A stretch of DNA of 61,773 nt, filler included, from Choristocarpus tenellus KU-1152 (GCA_964200185.2; 9 parts of 9 records of this genome joined end to end with filler, not necessarily neighbours in it), one strand, 5' to 3'; numbered from the whole stretch's first letter, positions 39,602 through 54,604 are shown. Program-made: numbers and translations. Notes: generated by a model not told the origin, from the letters alone.

Positions 39602-40422
39602 TCTCCAGAGCCAGAGAGAATAAGAACCTGCCTCACTACCCAAGTATGATTCAAAGTCCCAAGTCCCGTGTGTTCCCACATACCACGGCTTGTGCACTTG
39701 TGAGCAACTTGCTTCCTCTGGGTGCAGTATGGAACTGAACATGCGGCACGTTCTCCTCTACTGCTTGAAGTCAAACTGTCCTGCCCTAAGCTGGTGCTTG
39801 AATCTTTCCTGTGTCTCAAGAAAAGAAGCCATGATAAGAAAGGGAAAGAAGAGAGAACCCACCAGGAACTGTATCATTTTTCCTCTCTGGCACTACTGAT
39901 ATTGCAGGCAACGACTCTGTGTGTGGGCTGTTCGCGTTCGAAGCAAATATTTTCTGATTGGGTCACTGTCATATCATGTAGGTTATACTATCTGGGTTGA
40001 TTTGACATACAGATTATGATAAAGACTATTTGCTGGTGAATTTGAGCTGAGCGAGTGGGTATGATTCAGTCAAGCCTATATCATTGGATAATACCACGTA
40101 TAGAAATATTGACAAGTGCGTGATTCTTTGAATAAGCTTGGCTGTCCTTCACGGGGTCATTATCTTCCCGCATTTATGAGCACTGAGGTTGATATAAAAT
40201 CCCATCAAGACGAGTTAACTCAGCACATAACTCAATCCTTTTTCAAACATTCTTGGCCAAATGGGGGTACAGAGCATGACATTTTTCTGTGTGAACAAAA
40301 GTCATATAAATAAAAACAAAATTACAAAGGGATAGTAGCCCACATAGGAGTGGTTCACCATCTCCAAGGGGTCACAAGATCAGATGTCCAACACAAACTC
40401 AGAAATTAACACATGGGTGTGA

Positions 40423-40682
40423 GATGCATGCAACCAAATCACCCAAAAATTACGACATGGAAAACTGGGCCCTGAATGTACAGCCACCCCCACCCCCCAG
40501 ATACTTTGAGCCTGAAGAAGTTTCCATCAACACGTTTTATTCAAACCCACAACACTGGTCCTTCGACTTCAACCTTCCTCATCCCCTCATCGGATGGATA
40601 ATGTGAGTGCACTTCTCCTGGTCAGGGCCCAAATGGATCCCTGGTGTAGACCCCTTTCCCACCACCACAGATACTCTGAGCC
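40423..40682. mobile_element. Two MITE family B halves (right half + at 40423-40512; left half inverted at 40590-40682)
   Basis: Each half matches part of 41820-41990 and ends in AGATACT(T/C)TGAGCC. Confidence 0.8.
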
Positions 40683-41339
40683 TTCAAAGACTGACGAGTG
40701 TACCTTCACGTTGTAGCTGTACTGTGAAATGATTGATTAGATCAATAGACTTACAGGGTCAAATATATGGATATGCAGGTTGAAGCTACCAACTATACTT
40801 TCTATTGTACTTGACCAAATAGGGGCACAGACCATGGCATTTTGTGTTATGAAACTTAACAGAATGCAAGTTCGTCCACTGTCCATTTCTCATTAAAACT
40901 CTCTTGAGCAACATGGATAAATGGGGAACGTATACAGAAAGGGATTTCAAATGACTTGCTTGGTTATAGAGCTTCTAAAATTTAAAGTCAGAAGCCTCTA
41001 ATCATTGCTCAGACTAGATTAATAATGTGTGAGGTGGAATCTGAGGGCGATGTGCACTGCCCATATGAGTGAAAGCCGAGGGTACGAGTTTTTTCCTGTT
41101 TCATAAGACTCCTCCAAAGATGCAACGTGGAGGATTGTGTGTTGTTGTGAACGCTAGAGGTAGGCCTTGATGATATTCTCCTAGGAGGTCCTTCTCACAG
41201 CTTGCCTGTTTGAAGCTGAAGAAGCCTTATTTTCGCATGCCACGATGGTTTAATAGCGTTTTGCGTTATGCTGCAGCCAGGAGTGAGCCAAGCACTTCCT
41301 GTATGTTGGCATGGCATATGAACAATGCCAGGTTCTCCT

Positions 41340-41599
41340 GATTCAAAAGATCTTAGAGGGTAGAGATGCGTCCATTTGGGGGCCAAAATCCAATGTTGCA
41401 ATTTTGATGTAATTTTGGCTATCATGTTTGTTAGGAAATGTCAATATCCCTGTTCCGGACACACCTTTTCATAACGTATACATTTTACTTACTCCGAAAT
41501 ATTTTGGAGTACGTAAAATTTAATTAAAAACCTGCGGGAAGTCAAGCCCCAAATGGAGAAACAGGGAAAAACTCGTCCCCTTCTGAGATACTTTCACTC
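41340..41599 (-). mobile_element. MITE family A copy 3
   Basis: Inverted homologue of 23438-23691 with 4-bp TSD TCCT on both sides. A short left-end remnant also lies at ~41067-41101. Confidence 0.9.
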
Positions 41600-41819
41600 T
41601 CCTCATTGCTATAATATAAACATACTTAAGTGCTGTTGTTTGTCATAGTCTATGGATGGTATGCTCTCTTCGATTTATCCCTCGAGTGAGTAGATTGATT
41701 TCTACCCAGGGCACCTTTGTATGAGTCTTCTTTTTGGGTAGTGGGTCTTGATATGTTCTGGTATTGGTGTTAGCATCTGGTTAAGCCTTTCTTGGTGTCC
41801 TCGATTTCCTTTTGCACAT

Positions 41820-41990
41820 GACTCAAAGTATTTGGGGGGGGGTCTACACCAGGGTGTCCATTCGGGCCCTGACCAGGAGAAGTGCACTCACAGTATCCAT
41901 CTGGCGCATGCAACCAAATCACACAAAAATTGCGACATGGAAAAATTGGCCCCAAATGGACAGAGGCCACCCCCCCAGATGCTTTGAGCC
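41820..41990 (+). mobile_element. MITE family B, complete 171-bp copy
   Basis: TIRs GACTCAAAGTATTTGGGGGG / CCCCCCAGATGCTTTGAGCC, flanked by CAT on both sides. Confidence 0.88.
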
Positions 41991-42287
41991 CATTTCTACT
42001 TTTTTTTCATATTTTCTTCGTTATTTGTTACTTTCCTTCATTTTTTCTCTCCTCACCTGTCTGAGAAGATTGAACTAGCGATAATGTCAAGCAGTAATTT
42101 TATTTATTGTATTGTTACCTCAAATGAAAATTATCATTGTGAATCGTAGGGATTCAGTGGCTTCAATTCAACTAACCAAAGAAAACGGTCCACATCCATT
42201 AACAAAATACGTCAGCAGGACTTGATTCGACTCCTCATTCTATCTTCGAATGTATGTATCTATGTGCGATGCACACTCTCCTGTAAA

Positions 42288-42362
42288 CAGCCGATCACCA
42301 AAATTGAGGATGGAGCATACTATGGAGGATGGATTTGACCCAAAATGGTGCGCGGAAAGTGC
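42288..42362 (+). mobile_element. Palindromic MITE family C, left arm
   Basis: CAGCCGATCACCAAAATTGAGGATGGAGCATACTATGGAGGATGGATTTGACCCAAAAT runs into the gap. Confidence 0.75.
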
Positions 42363-45049
42363 NNNNNNNNNNNNNNNNNNNNNNNNNNNNNNNNNNNNNN
42401 NNNNNNTTAATTAATTAANNNNNNNNNNNNNNNNNNNNNNNNNNNNNNNNNNNNNNNNNNNNGATTGTCCGGTCCAGAGGCCTGGACCACCATGAGTGAG
42501 CCGTAGCCAGCAGGTGACAACATCGCATAGATGGGAAATAATGGAAAGAGAATGGAGAGACAACAACGCCCATGTTCTCCGGGTGAAGATGGCTTCTTCA
42601 GGTGTCAAAATCATCCTTAAATGCACGGCTCGCGCGCACCACGTGGCACCCCCCCGTGTGAACTGTACCCTCCCGTGTGAGGACTGTATTTCTCACGATT
42701 ACTGCGGGTTGGCCAATCGAGACCCACCAAAAAAGGTTTTAATCATGCGGGTGTTATTACAACGAACTAATTTTCATGAAAAAACTTGTTGATCAAAAGT
42801 TATGGTACGACAAAGTTGATGAAGGAGGGTACTGCCAACACTATAGCATACCTGGTAGAAAATAAAAATTAGATGAATATCTTCGATATTTACAACGACT
42901 GCTACTTGTTTAGGGGTTATTCCGATATTGAAATAGTTTTCTTTGGTTTTTCCCCTGTCATATCTCCAAATTGTCAGAGGACACAATAATTTAAGTACCA
43001 ATAGCAACAGTAGTAAGATAATACAACAATAGTAATAAAAATAAATAAAATACCAACCAACAAATGAAAATAATAGAAATATTAATGGGAATAGGTTTAG
43101 AAATAGTATTTAGTTACAATTTCTTCATAAAATAAGCAATATTAATAGTAATAAAAATAACAATGCAACTAATAAGAATGATATCATCTACACATGGATG
43201 TGAAAAAATCGTATGTAATATTCTTAGACATACATTGACTATATAAGAAGAGTTTGAAGTTTAAGTAACATGTACATATATTGATAATAGTGAGGTAAGT
43301 ACGAAACCCAAAGGTAACACTTTTTGGAAGTAACTGTCGTTTTAGCATTGAGTGTTGATTACTGAAGGAATGATGTTCTCCTTTGTTTGTCCTAGATCAC
43401 GTCACTTCTTCATGTATTGTATCTAATACAAGTACCAAGTTGGCCTAGCATACAGCCTCCTTAAATCCCTTTTGAGGATTGACATCTGACCAAATTATTA
43501 CTTTTTGGTTGGAATTTTATTTTCTGTGCTGTACTCAGAATGATGGGATGGTTTCTGCCCTGAATATCAAAATACTCTGCTATCTGTTAATACATTTTAT
43601 ATTTGTGCTTCGCTGTGTACACTTCATCATCCATGGCTTTCACTTGTATTATAAACATCACGTACTACATGATATACATTATACATAAACAATACGATTA
43701 TCAAGTTATTTATTGAATATAAGGAGATTACCCTCTTGTGTGGAAAAAATAAAAAAGAGAAAATGAATGAAAAATGGTAAAACAAATACATGGATTTGAT
43801 GCCCAGAAAGCAGTGGAGTCCTTTGAGAAACTGAGGGCCCCAACATAAACAAAAGCAGCAGTAGTAGTGCCCCCCCACAAATGTATTGAAGGAGCTCAGA
43901 TACAGATCAAATTTGTCAAAAGAAACAGAAAAATTGAGGATGTTTCCTCCAACCTTTGAAGATATCATGGGCATGTCACAGATTGATTTATGTGTCCAAT
44001 AAGCAATCTGGATGGAGCATACTCGAATCATTGTCAAGTACTTTGAAAGTGTATGTGATCAACTAACTACTCATTGCTACTCAAAATAGATTGGGTATGG
44101 TGTGTACTGTGAACGATACAAAGATATTGTTTATTCAACGAATCTCTCTTTACTTGGACAAAATGTTGTGCTTCAATAGCAAGAGCATTCTATTGTTGTC
44201 AACAAAGAGTGAGTGATCTTGGTAAAATATGCTCCGGAAAAATAGTGCATGTAGATGAAGCACTACAAATTCTTTTTCAGAAATGTTTGATCAGGGTTGA
44301 GCAATTTATCTATCATCTGTTGTCAAGTTTACACAATATATTCAAACTGCACACTGGGGGTTTATCTCACCTTTTCTTGGTGGGTTATCTATTGCCTCAT
44401 TTTGGAAAGACGCCATATATGAAGGTGAGGTTTGGTGGGTGGCACTAGCAAAAAGGTAGAAATTTCCAGGGTTGAGTTTCTTCCTCAGAGATGCAAGTGC
44501 TAGATCGTTCGTCATAGTCTGTAAGAAGGGAATGACATGGACAATAGAGAGGGAAAGATGAGAGGAATCCTCAATTCAGTGATACATGACTAGCAAGGAG
44601 AGAGGTTCATGGATAAGAACAAGGTAGGTGTCAAACATGTCAATCATCAACAGATAAACCTATTTGTACCTTAGTGTTCCTGCTGGTTTCTCCAATACTT
44701 TGCTTGGTCTGTTGCTGTTGTTGTGTATCAAGGTTTGGAGGTGTTTTATCTGTGGAGAATGGCACGATTTGGTGCTGCTGGCATTATCTGTTTTCCTTTG
44801 GTCGAAAATGAATTGATGGGAGGATGGAGTGGAAAAAATAAAAGTTGTTTAGCTGTCTGTAGTGGAGGGAAGACGTGTAGGTGACACAATTGACTGCTTC
44901 AAGGTGGATAAGATAGGTTTATGCTGGGGTTGGAAACATTCGGCAGGCAAAGTAAAGTATGTGAGAATCAGTCAATTGAAAGAGTTGCAGCCAACTAGCA
45001 ACTCACTTCCATCCAATATGACTATGAAGGCATGGAAATTGAATATTTC

Positions 45050-45650
45050 CTGACTCATCAAGTCACAATAACAGCATCACACCACCAGGAGCGGTTCCAA
45101 TATCACTTGCCCACATGGACAAATATTGAACACCAGGGTCCAGAAGGGTTCAGTTGTTATGAAACTTGGGCTATTTGTTCGGTGTTTCAAATCTATCGGC
45201 TCCTTTGCGTTTTGAAATTCCTTGCACCATCAACACAACAATCCAATTCAACATATATTTTCTATCTGGTGAGTAACGGCAAGACGAGGTCTCGTTCCGT
45301 TCAAGCACATCAATGCAACAACGATACATGATGCCCTTATTGACAACCAACCATATGTATGTCTTACATCCAAGTCAAAGAGCAATATACTCCGAACTTG
45401 TGATGGCATAGACGCCTCTCGCCCACTCATTACTATTTGCTTCGACTTGGAGTTTTTAAACTCACTCAAGCTTCGGGGTACCGAACGAACGAAGGTCGTT
45501 GGGTCGAACACGGCGTCCAACTCCAAGCTGATCTGTGCATCCAAAAAAAGAGGTGAGGGGTGAGTACGTCTAAGTGATGCGATGAAACCCCATGACTGGA
45601 TATGTTGTTGATAGATTTTTATGTTCTCTGGATGATCTACCCACCACACT
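45050..45650 (-). mobile_element. Possible very old Ty1/Copia reverse-transcriptase fragment
   Basis: VPRSLSEFKNS (cf. EPxSyxEA) followed by LMVQGISKRKGADRFET (cf. RLVAQGFSQxxGVDYFET). YVDD motif not found. Confidence 0.35.
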
Positions 45651-48600
45651 CGTTTGTTCGATCTGACTGACGCTTACCCTTGTTGGTTGTTACTTGAAAG
45701 TATGTGACGGGTGGTTGCGTGTCTACGAATTCCGTAGGACTACGACTTGATCTCACCGCATCCCCCAAGGTCTCTGTGTTTTGTCCAAATTCCCCAACCC
45801 CATTCTCAAATATGCGATTTGGATCAGGAGTTTCTGAACCATCAACCTCTTCTCTAATGAGTCTTGTGAGGTTTGAGTTGAGAAGAAACCGTTATTGAAT
45901 ATTTTTTGTCCTGGCGCGCTGGACACGCGAGGAGGCATATATTTCGATATATATTCTATTTGCAAGTGATTCGCGATACTATGTCGTGGAAACGCCGTCC
46001 ATGGTGGTTCATGTTGGATAACATTTCATGTTATTACCTAAAATTAAAATATGCCCTGTGTTTGAAGTTGTGAGGAGAACGAAGGCATGGCTTCATTCGC
46101 TCCAATACAGTATCCATCGCGGCATGAGATCCAGGAAGCTCTGGTGCAGTACATACATGGATTTGGTGTGGGAAGTATCATTACCAATCTGGATGTGAAA
46201 TTTGGGCACGTATTTCTGTGAAGGCGTCACATCTAGCCAAATTGAACAGCATGCAAATGGACAATCGCACAGGTTACTTGTGCTGCACTGACGAGAGAGA
46301 AGATCGAAACCAGATTTCGATTATTAGTTGCAACATTTCAGTATCTTGTTGAAGAAATTCCCATACATGTACGCAAACCCTCATAATCTACCGCCCCTTC
46401 GTTGCCCCCAACCGAGAGAGAGTGAAGACGGAGAGTCATCAAGCATGGCGGGTATTCGATCTTTCTTCTCTCCGACCCAGGAGCCTAGGGTTCAGTATCA
46501 ACTCCACCGCTTGCCTAACATGCCTCATCGAGACTCCCGAGTATGGACGCCCAAGCCTCAGACGTCGAGGGGGTGATGAAAAAGCGTTAAGAAGATGTTG
46601 AAGGTGAAGCGTCCACCTCTAAGGATACATTCAATTCAACTGTGGTGGAGATGGATATGCCGGAAGATTCGATGCCCTCCCTCGGATTCCAGTCCTTCGA
46701 TGAGAACGTTGGTACATTGGGCACCCATGCGTAGCCAGTAGACGTACCTTTAACATTCGTGATATGTCATGGAAAAGCAGTACTGTACGCAATGCCAGAT
46801 GGCTGTCAGCCCGGATGTGCAGGTTTGACCACGAAAGAGAGGAAGCACACTCCAATCTTGCAATCAAGTCGATGGCCATTGCTATCTCTGAACGTGCATC
46901 CTAGTTCACAAAAGAGAAAGCAAAACGTCTAATACACTATCAGCCACGTCACAGCCAGATGGTGACCCGATCCGAGCAACACTACGCCAAGTCAATGAAA
47001 TTTCTCTGAAGTGCTTAAATGCAGACAAGCTGTTGTAAGATCCGATCCGATCAACACTGCACAAACTCGATGGATTTTCGATGCAATGCTTCCATGCAGA
47101 AGAACTGTTGCAAGACATTTAGCAGAGTCTTCTTGTCTGTATTGAAGTATTGCAGACGAAATTTCATGGAGTTAACATAGTGTTGATTCGATTGGATCGG
47201 GTCACTTTATGATTGTGATTTGGCTGACAGTGCAGGAGGTGCTTTGCTTTGTCTTCTGTGGACCAGGTTGCATGTTCAAGGATACCTGTGACCTTAGACT
47301 TGAATGTGAGGTTGGAGTATGCCTTGCAGGCCTTCTCTTCTACTGTGGAGAGATAGGTTGGTACTCCTCACACACACACACACACACACATATTTATGTG
47401 TGTATATGTATGTGCATATTTACTTTCTCAGTCTTTTGGTGCTGTTCCTGCCTGCTCAGGGTTAGGGTTAGGGTTAGATTAGACAGTTGTTTGGTTGACC
47501 TAGTGATTCTGTGGTTGTGAAAAGAGTGGCAATTGTGCTGAGAGGTGTAAAGAAAAGGTAAGATTTTTTATAAGATTGTGGAGTCGTTAAGAGAGCAGTT
47601 GTGCTTGCTTGTGCTCCTTGTATTAGTGATGTGAAGATAGGGTGGCTAGGGTAAGGGTTAGGTTATCATTTTTTTCAAGATGGATATTGAATATACTGAG
47701 TTGTAGATCTAGGTGGTTATTAACAGGTTTACTATTTTTTATATCTACCAACACTACAGTGTGATTTTTTGTTATTGCTTTGAAGGAAGTTGACCTTGCC
47801 TATTTTGTACTAGGACCCATTTGTGGGGGGTGTAGGAGCTACTACAGATTTTGTAGATGTCCATTTTCTCATGTTTCCATTTTTAATTTTTTTTTTTTTA
47901 TCTCCTTGAAGTTAGAAATGTTATCCAATTAGAGATGCAGAGAGAAGAGAGCATGAGGAAGGCACTTGGTGTTGATATATGTGTATTTTTGGTGATGATT
48001 GTGAATTTGCTGGAGGAACGAAATATGGACCACTTCTTCATTCTGTTGTTAGCTTCACTTGAACGCAATATTGCAACTAGGAACAGGTGAGTTTGAAAAT
48101 GACAGTGAGAATGGGAGTGGCCTTACGGAAGAATCTTCTTAGCAAAAATGACTGGTGGAGTAGTGTTACTATGGGTTGGCTTCCCACCCACAATCAAGAT
48201 ACGCCTGTTGGTCATTGCTTTGTACGCTGGTACCCAGGCACACTTCACACTTCCACACATGCAGAACACCATGCAATAGCATTCCAACAAATTGAGGTTA
48301 GGGTTGCATTTGTAGATAATGATAATGGGATTAACTATTTGTAGGGTTAGGGTTCCACAATGTGTTGGGTCACTGTTTTCGCAATATATCAGAGATGAGG
48401 TATTCTTTGCCCAATCTGGGGGGGTTGATGGATCCATATGACGATGTAGGGTACATCCCTGATGGTGTAAGGAAAAACCCCACACACTGTTAACAGTTTC
48501 TTTCATGGACGTACTGTATCGCCTAGTAAACCCTAACGCTATCTATGTCCCCTGCATGACAGGCATGGCTCTTCTGTACTCAAATTTTTTGTTTGAGGAC

Positions 48601-51600
48601 TGACCAATACAGTGCTTCTGGTTCTTGGAGACAATTATAAGGTACTGCTCTGGTGTAGATGTGATATGGGTTAGGGTTAGGGTTGGCGATAGTTGACTGC
48701 AATCTTGTTTGTTATATATCATGTGTACAGAGGAATTATGGATGTTGATATGGCGTGTTGCCTGGGCAGGTAGGGGAGTGAGTGAGTTAGTTTGTAGCCT
48801 TCACATCTTTTTTATGGAACGATTCCTTATCTATGTTGGAAAGGAAAAAGCTTAGTAATGATTTGAAAATAGTGATAGAGGACAAAAGGTGACTGTTGTG
48901 GTATTGTGAGTGATTTCATTGTGGGTATGGTGTAATGGTAGATGTCTTTGTCTTTGGACTGCACTACGTTGTGTTGATGGGATTGAATGCAATGTTATTC
49001 TGACATGGAGAGGTGGGGGGAGGGGGGGGTTAAGTAACAATGATGTTCCCCAACACTGCTCCGAAGATTGGTTGTGTGTGTTGTTATTGTAAGCAATTGA
49101 TCAAAATGGAGTGAGCTAGCCTTGTCCATGGGGGCAATCTTTACCTAGTCTACCTTGCAGCCTATCAGTCTGTTGGCAATTGATTATTTGTTCTTTATTG
49201 TTGAGACCTCAGACATTTTCAGTCAGTTCGTCTTCAGCTTCCATTCTATTTGTATCCCTCAATACTTCCTCCTTCCTGTTCTATTTACTTTTTATTCACC
49301 AAAATACAATACCAATAGCTCCGTTCAGTCACTACATTTTCACTGCTTGACAGGGGAGGGGGAGGCAAAGATCACTCCTGTTGTAGTAGACACTTGGTCA
49401 ATGGTCCAAGTACACATGAAGACAGCATGGCAAGAAGCCTGATTAAAAAAAAAAATCGAACCCATTTACTGTGGGTGTTCATACTACAGGTGTGTCAGAC
49501 AATATGGAGGCGTGTATATGAGTAGAGAGAGTGAGAGAGATAGGGCTGTGATGGTACTATGTCCAGCATGTGTAACCAGCACAGGAGGGTGCTGCTTCCC
49601 TTACAGCAGCAAGAGAAGGAGAGACTTGGGGCTTGAGCTAACAGTCTTGTTTGAGGAAGTGTGACTGTGTGAGAGGCGATGGAGATGGTGGAGGCGTCTG
49701 CTCTATTGGGTTTGGGTACAGCATCTATCTGCCTGGATGGCAACTGGTTGATTTTCATCTGTGATGCTGCATCACAGGAACTCTCCTCTAGTGGTGAGAA
49801 AAATGAGGTTATCTAGTTGGGGGGTTCATATTTTGGTGTAACAATAAAAAATCAGAAGAGGGAGAGGGGTAGGAGGGGGGGGCAGGACTATAATATATAC
49901 TGTAGTCTGAACATAGTACAGACTATAATATGATAATAATAGTCTGGTTGCAGTTGGTATGATTGTTATTGAGGGGAGGGAGGACCAACAGAGTGCTGGT
50001 TTGTGCTATTTGATTTGGTGCGGATGTTGATGACACCCGTACTGAAAGTGTTGTAATGTTTATTTTTTTTGTATTATTGATATGAAAATTTAATAAAAGG
50101 TTCAGTGTCTTACGTGTACTGTTGTATATAAAAAATATATTCTGTACATGTTTTTGAGTATGACTTGAGAAAGGTGCAGCTGTAGTTAGATTGAAAAGTG
50201 CACCAAACAATAAAAACTAGTTTGAGTGTACTCCTGAAGTGAGGACGATTGGCAACAGTTTGTTTATTATTCTTTGTTGCTCTGGGGTTAAAACTGTCTG
50301 TCTTCTTACATGCTACACCACCGTATTAATTTTTATTTTAACACAGTAGAACTAAGAATACCCTACCTACCGACCTACCTAGCCAGCTACCCTAGGATGT
50401 CGATGTTGATATTTTAGGTGTGCTCTAGGGTCACGTGTCTATGAATCACAGAGTTTAGCAAGTAGGAATTTTCACTGGACTGGGCAAAGTCACCACCATA
50501 CCATGCCTTAGAATGGCCTTGGTAAGGTGTGTTTATCAGGACAATTACTGTGTCATTAGAGATTAAAAACCGGATGGGGCCACAGGTTGGCATTGGCGAA
50601 ATATCTTTTAACAGAGTTGGTCTAGGGCTGTCTAATATTTAAAGCAATCTGGTCTAGGTTACGGGCTACCCCTGGTGAAACATGGTTTAATGCGGCTGGT
50701 CAGAGAGATTGTAACTGAACCAGTCCGTGGGCTGACCTATGGCCCCGGTCCTGTGAGGTGATGTGGTTAACTTACAGTTTTATGAAAAGTCATTAACTGC
50801 CTGCTGTTGGCATGTAAGAGACTTGTTATAGGCTGAGGTTTAACACATGGGTATATTTTTGTTTTTTTGAGCTTTCTTTTTCTTATTTGTTCATTTTGAA
50901 ACAAAAATGCAGTCTTGGTGTAAGTGTGATCACTCCTCCTACTGTTGTGCTTGAAATGATCAATATTGGATATTTGTCACCCTCTCCCCCCCTCCCCCAC
51001 TTGTTTTGTTTAGTGTAATTTTTTTTCCCATCAGTGATGTGCGTTATCAGTTACTTTGTCACATTCATATTCAATCTCCAATTTCTTCAGAAGAGTATTT
51101 CATAACAATTTAGACTCTTTATTTTATCATCCTCAATGTCTCCAGACTTTAGTGATTCCGGCTACATCCTTCCAAACTCCTGTTTTTTTTTCTTTTTATG
51201 TCTGCTCTACTCTACTTCACTTTAATATTGAGAGTTAGGGTTAGGGGTAGTATTCTCTGATGGAATGAACAAAGATATGACAGTGTTTTTTAACAACTGC
51301 CTCCGTTACAAAGACTACTACTACTACACACATCTTCACCAACTTGTGCAGACCTATGAAGAGAGTGAGTTAGGAAAAACTTCATTATTGTCTTGAGGAA
51401 TTCAAGGAAGAGTGAAAAAAACTGTGCAACCCCTACTGCCCTCTTTAACACCATTGAAATATCAGAACAGAGGTTTTGTCCACAATAATATGCAGATACT
51501 CCTTTCCTCTTGCTGACTTGTGAAGTACATCTGGTAGATCGTAACTACCATATCTCAGCTTGAAGCATTGCCATCTTTGCAGCCCTTGTCTGTGCTCCCT

Positions 51601-54233
51601 CTCGAACCCCTCTCAATACTGGGTATTCTTTGAGTTTCTCGCTGGTAGATGGGACTGATCTATAGGAGGTAAAGACCTCATGATAAGTGATATCTGTGCC
51701 GTTCTGAAAGAACCACAAAATTGTCAAAAAAAAAGAGGTCAATTTTGGTTGTGGTTTTGGCCAATGATCTCCGCCCTCTACTGACAAGACTGCATCAAGA
51801 AGCATTTGCACTATTACCGTGTCTTCACGATCACAGTGTGGCAACTTACGGTTCAGTTTGAAAAAATTGGGGTTTTTATTGACCGAGGTCGTTTGAGTTT
51901 GAACAAAACAAGCGATTAAGAGGTTGTAGCTCGGTGAAGAAGTAGAAATATTCATCAGCAAGACAGTAAAACAGCATATAGAAGGATTAGTTACTTATTC
52001 AGGTGGAAAAATGTTTGGGTTCTTTCCCTGTGAATAATGAAGGTCATATCAAAATATATATATTTTTACCAATATAAGTGGAATATATACCAGACTCAAA
52101 CCATAAACAAAGAGGGAGACACCAGGGAAGCATGAGAGCAAAGTGTGGGCAATCAATACCCAACAACATGAGATGGTCTCACTCATCATGATCCTGTCAC
52201 AAATTTCTTTTGCTCTTCCTCTTGCAAGCTTTGAATCCTAGCAACAGCCTAACTCATTGGACCAATAAGATCATCTTGTGTTCGCCTGCACTCTTCGCAA
52301 AGGAGAGGACTCAAGTAATTGTTAAATTCTGTAGTCCATCACCATTTTGTATAAGGTTATGCTGTCCCAAGGACTAGGACTTCCATTTTTCACAACAAGC
52401 ATCAATTGATGATATGTGTTGTCTGTTTCTCGAGTGGCTGTCAGTCAAAAGGCCGCAATTCTCGAAAATTGGAGCGTGTGTGATGTCATACTGTGGTTGT
52501 GAATGACACTTGTGCATGCACGTCTCAGTACAGCCTCATCCGTGGAGGTTGATGAGTGTGCAACTTCTAAATGCTGCAGATACTACTTAATGCCAGTGTA
52601 AAGTATGGATGGTACCCAAATGAGCTCAAATCACAGGTTCTCCAATGATACACTAGAACAGAAGATGGGGAGCCATAGTAGTTCTCAGCGAAAACTAAGG
52701 GAGAAAGTGACAAATTTCGACACCAACGTAGTAACAGAACAAGAGAGGGGTTAAAGCAAAATAGGTTTGGTCGTGGTGATGGGAAAAACAAGAGACACGA
52801 AGAGCTTCCATAAAGCACAAGGTTACTTTTAGTACAATACTTCCTCGACATCTAGCTCTTTAATTTTCACAGGATTTCGCACTTGCCAGTTGTAGCACAT
52901 CCAGTGATTACCTTAGCACCTTGGCAACAGTGTAACCGTTTTTCCTGTCGTGTGGTAACTCACTGCTGCAACATGTATACCAGAGGGAAGAAAAAATAAT
53001 TGCCTCAAGAGATGGAAAATATCTTAGAAATTTGACAAGCTTATGGTATCCGTTCTGGTGTTGTGGGGGTGGAGAGAAGACGTGGGTTTTTGGGGTGCAA
53101 AACGAAGAACAGGACAACAGATGTGGAGTCTGAACCTGAGGATACATGTGAAGAGAGTTGGGGTCTACTACCCCTCTCTGGTGCGCTTGCACTCAATATT
53201 CTTTTTTAGATCAGGATCAAGCTTGCTCTCCACTGTAGGAAGGCAGGGAAGATATGTTTACTATAATGGGGATGCCGTTGATTTCTTGTTGGGGAGGGCG
53301 TGAAAGGTGGACATACTTGGGTCTAGACACTTGTACCTAGAAGTTCAGTGTCACAACAGTTTGGTCACCGACCAGCTTACAGTTGCTCGCGTGTGTAAAC
53401 CTCATTTGATGCACATGTATACCATCTGCAGCATGCCATCCTGAAAGACTGTTTGAAAATGCAAGGGTGCAAGGGGGTCGGGGTCAAGATCCTGTTTTTA
53501 ATAAATGGGCATTGAGGTTTTGACATGGTGCATAGATCGAGAGAGATAATTCATTGGCTTTCGTTTGTGAAAACTACTAATATCTAGATTTGCAGCAGAC
53601 CTCAGAAGTTCTCCAATTACCGACCTGTGATATGACCAGAACGTTACACCGGTACCAAGGATAGGTTAGCCGTTACGTACATCAACGTCTACACCCCTCA
53701 GTGTCCCTCGAGGACAAGAGGACCTTCAACGGTAAGAGCACAGAGTCACAGGAGTCGAAGTGTAGCTGACTAGACGATTTATTTTGATATTGTGTAGCTA
53801 TCACGAGGGATGCTATGGTAAATGTACCCTAGCGCCTCTGTTACATGACCATGCCGAATAGTGAAGATCATATTGCTCCTCGCACGAAATGAGAACTAGT
53901 GGGAATCGTCCTGGGTGGTCATCCCTTGTTGGAGAAGGAGTTAGTGAAATTGGGAAAATATCTTAGTGTAGATCGATATTTTATTGTAATCGTTTAATCA
54001 CGATCGAATCGAGATCCAAGATGTGATTCATCCACTTAATCCCTTCTGTTACTTACTCATTTTGCTTTGCTCACGAATTCTGGATTATTATTATTATTTG
54101 CACATTCCTATTTTCTTATTCCTCTATCCTCCANNNNNNNNNNNNNNNNNNNNNNNNNNNNNNNNNNNNNNNNNNNNTTAATTAATTAANNNNNNNNNNN
54201 NNNNNNNNNNNNNNNNNNNNNNNNNNNNNNNNN

Positions 54234-54424
54234 TTGTGGGGGGGGGGGGGGGGGGGGGGGGGGGATCTACACCATGGTGTCCATTCGGGACCTAACCAGG
54301 AGAAGTGCACTTACATTATCCATCCGACGTGTGGAACCAAATTCACCCAAAGATAGCGACATGGAAAAAATGGACCCCGAATGGACAGTCGCCACCCCCC
54401 ACCCCCCCCCAGATACTTCAAGCC
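54234..54424 (+). mobile_element. MITE family B copy
   Basis: Homologous to 41820-41990; right end AGATACTTCAAGCC, left TIR lost in the gap. Confidence 0.85.
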
Positions 54425-54604
54425 TCACCTAGGACAGGTCCTCACATGATTGCGTGTCATTATATGCCCGTTTCAAGGTGGAACACTGCACCTTACTCTT
54501 GGAGATATGAGATAGACATGCCATGTACATGCTATCTGTACATGCACACAAAGCACACAAAGCAAGCACACACATTCCATAGAAGAAAAGGCTCAATTTT
54601 TCAC

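Noticed and set aside
47930-53400. Isolated exon-like segments (e.g. 47932-48086 +, 51548-51705 -)
   Set aside because: Plausible splice signals, but they could not be chained into a gene or assigned to a family.
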